DNA of 62,538 nucleotides, filler included, from Diploschistes diacapsis (Eukaryota): NCBI GenBank assembly GCA_023645945.1. It is 13 parts of 13 records of this genome, joined end to end, with 100 filler letters (N's around TTAATTAATTAA, not from the genome) between each part and the next. Parts side by side here need not be neighbours in the genome. Positions count along the whole stretch, not along the records: positions 59,597 to 62,538 come from JALAIB010002038.1; 12 more parts are not named here. One strand, 5' to 3'. Shown piece by piece: positions 60,983 to 62,538 of this stretch (position 1 is its first letter; each line of letters starts with the position of its first letter). The notes under the pieces were generated by a model. It saw only the letters and a program-made list of their open reading frames with translations, ran no database searches and was not told where the DNA came from. The position numbers and the translations under genes were made by a program.

Positions 60983-61840
60983 GATGACGAAAACTTAATC
61001 CACTAATGCTGATAGTGCCATAGATCCAGAGGGAGCCACCATGCTCGCAGGGCAAGCGGAAGCTGATAAGTCCTCAGGTATACTCCTCTAATCACTTGAA
61101 GGAGAGAAAACTCGGGCTGACACTAGATAGTTAATGACCCACCAATGCAACACACTGGTATTTTCAAACCATTTCGGTACGCCGGTTCAACTGCTGAAAG
61201 ATCAACTTTCTCTCCCTTCCCACTGAGATAAGATTCCACGTCTATACATTCATCGAGACCCGCCTTGTCGTCATAGTAGACGACAAATTAGACAACCGCC
61301 AGAGGCAATTCGAATGAGCTCTCGGAAGATCCTTAAATCCTGACTCAATTTCCCGTTGCATTTTGGTTTCTATGCCCCAAGTCTGCAGGCACCTCCATGC
61401 GGAAATCAGGAACGAAATTGCTGGGCCTATTCATAAGAGTACGCTGAGAGACGAGAGAAGCAGTGGACCACTAGGAAAAATGCTTGAGGGTGTGCGTTGC
61501 AAGTTGCTCGTATCCATAGACTGGTCCTTGCATATGTTTGTACGATCAGAATTTACCCTGGTGAAGATTATCGCCCTTCTCAGCTCCCACATAAAGCGAC
61601 TAACCCAGCTAAATATGGAAACAGGTACGCTCTCCTGGAGCTACCTCCATTGCTGTACTGTGGTTTCCTGGCTTTGGCCCAATGGGAAACCATGATTATT
61701 CCGGAAAGCCAAGCAGTTCAGAATGAGGGAACTAGCCTCGTTGCTATATGGATGAGAGTACCTCATGATCACGAATTCGTCACATGGCGGTGTGTCCAAA
61801 CTGGGTACACCCGCGCCACTACGACGGACCAGACCTGAAG
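60983..61840 (+). pseudogene. Decayed F-box-like (FLSLPxEIR...VCR.LHAE type) gene
   Basis: INFLSLPTEIRFHVYTF at 61201, in-frame TGA 61315-61317, then SMPQVCRHLHAEI in the same frame; upstream exon has a TAA and a frameshift. Confidence 0.55.
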
Positions 61841-62538
61841 GACGATTCCGTGAGATATACTTACTTCATCAAATGCTTGGAATCCAACGAATCATCCTCA
61901 GACACAGTTTCTAGAGACTCCTGAAATAGACTAGACTAATGCAGTACCTAGTTAGGAGATAGGCTCGTAAGAAGAATAGGAGAACCTGTCATTCCTGCGA
62001 TGGGAATCCATTCTTCATAACATAAGCTCTTTGAAAAATTCAAGTTTTGTTTAAAAACGTCCAATACCCAACTCTCCAGTAGGGAATGCACAATGAGCCA
62101 TGGCTTGAATTTCATAGGCCCAACGCGAGTTAAACCGTTTCAATCACGCATTTGAATCTTCCTCCTATCAATCAAATCTAGATTCCGCAATCCTTCACTT
62201 TCCCAAGCTAGAAACGGCAAGGACGGTCCAACAACCCGCACCATGTACACCATGTACACACACGTATGCAACCTACAGCAGCGCCTCCAACACGCCCTAC
62301 TCCCATCCCATCCCAAAAGAAACCACCATCACTCGCTCGCTCTTCCTCGGAAACAAAAGCTCCGATAAGCAACCAAAAAACATTCCATATCCAAACCCCT
62401 GCTCCCTTGCCCGCTTTCAGCCACGACCACCACCACCACAATGCCGCCTCCCGAACCCACTCCCTCGCTCGCTCCCGATATCACCCCCAGCCATCGATGG
62501 GCTGCTCCGTCTCCCGTAAACGAATCCAACCCCCACCC

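Overview
Fragmented genome assembly of a filamentous ascomycete (Pezizomycotina; short GT-AG introns, RIP-mutated repeats). The window is 13 separate contigs joined by artificial 100-nt N44-TTAATTAATTAA-N44 spacers, so adjacency across spacers means nothing. One 25.7-kb contig (9304-34984) carries housekeeping genes: NDUFA5, MRP51, BBC1, EMC4, AP-2 beta, class II chitin synthase, HOS3, queuine TGT, tRNA-Lys(UUU), HRQ1 and a partial O-methyltransferase. The ~3-kb contigs carry XAP5, VMA8, U1A, HCS1, a glutathione peroxidase, two conserved hypotheticals, a cutinase pseudogene and RIP-decayed Gypsy, LINE and pogo remnants. The most striking signal is on contig 1. Two neighbouring spliced genes among LTR remnants, both mis-called in the ORF track, share one architecture: signal peptide, then an acidic pro-region with 4-5 LxxR (Kex2-type) sites ending in LxRR, then 4 residues and a CxxC-x11/12-CxxC zinc-ribbon-like peptide. 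One also carries a basic half Zn2Cys6-like module. This is a candidate family of secreted, processed zinc-binding effector-like peptides. Gene identities come from recognised motifs only; no database searches were run.
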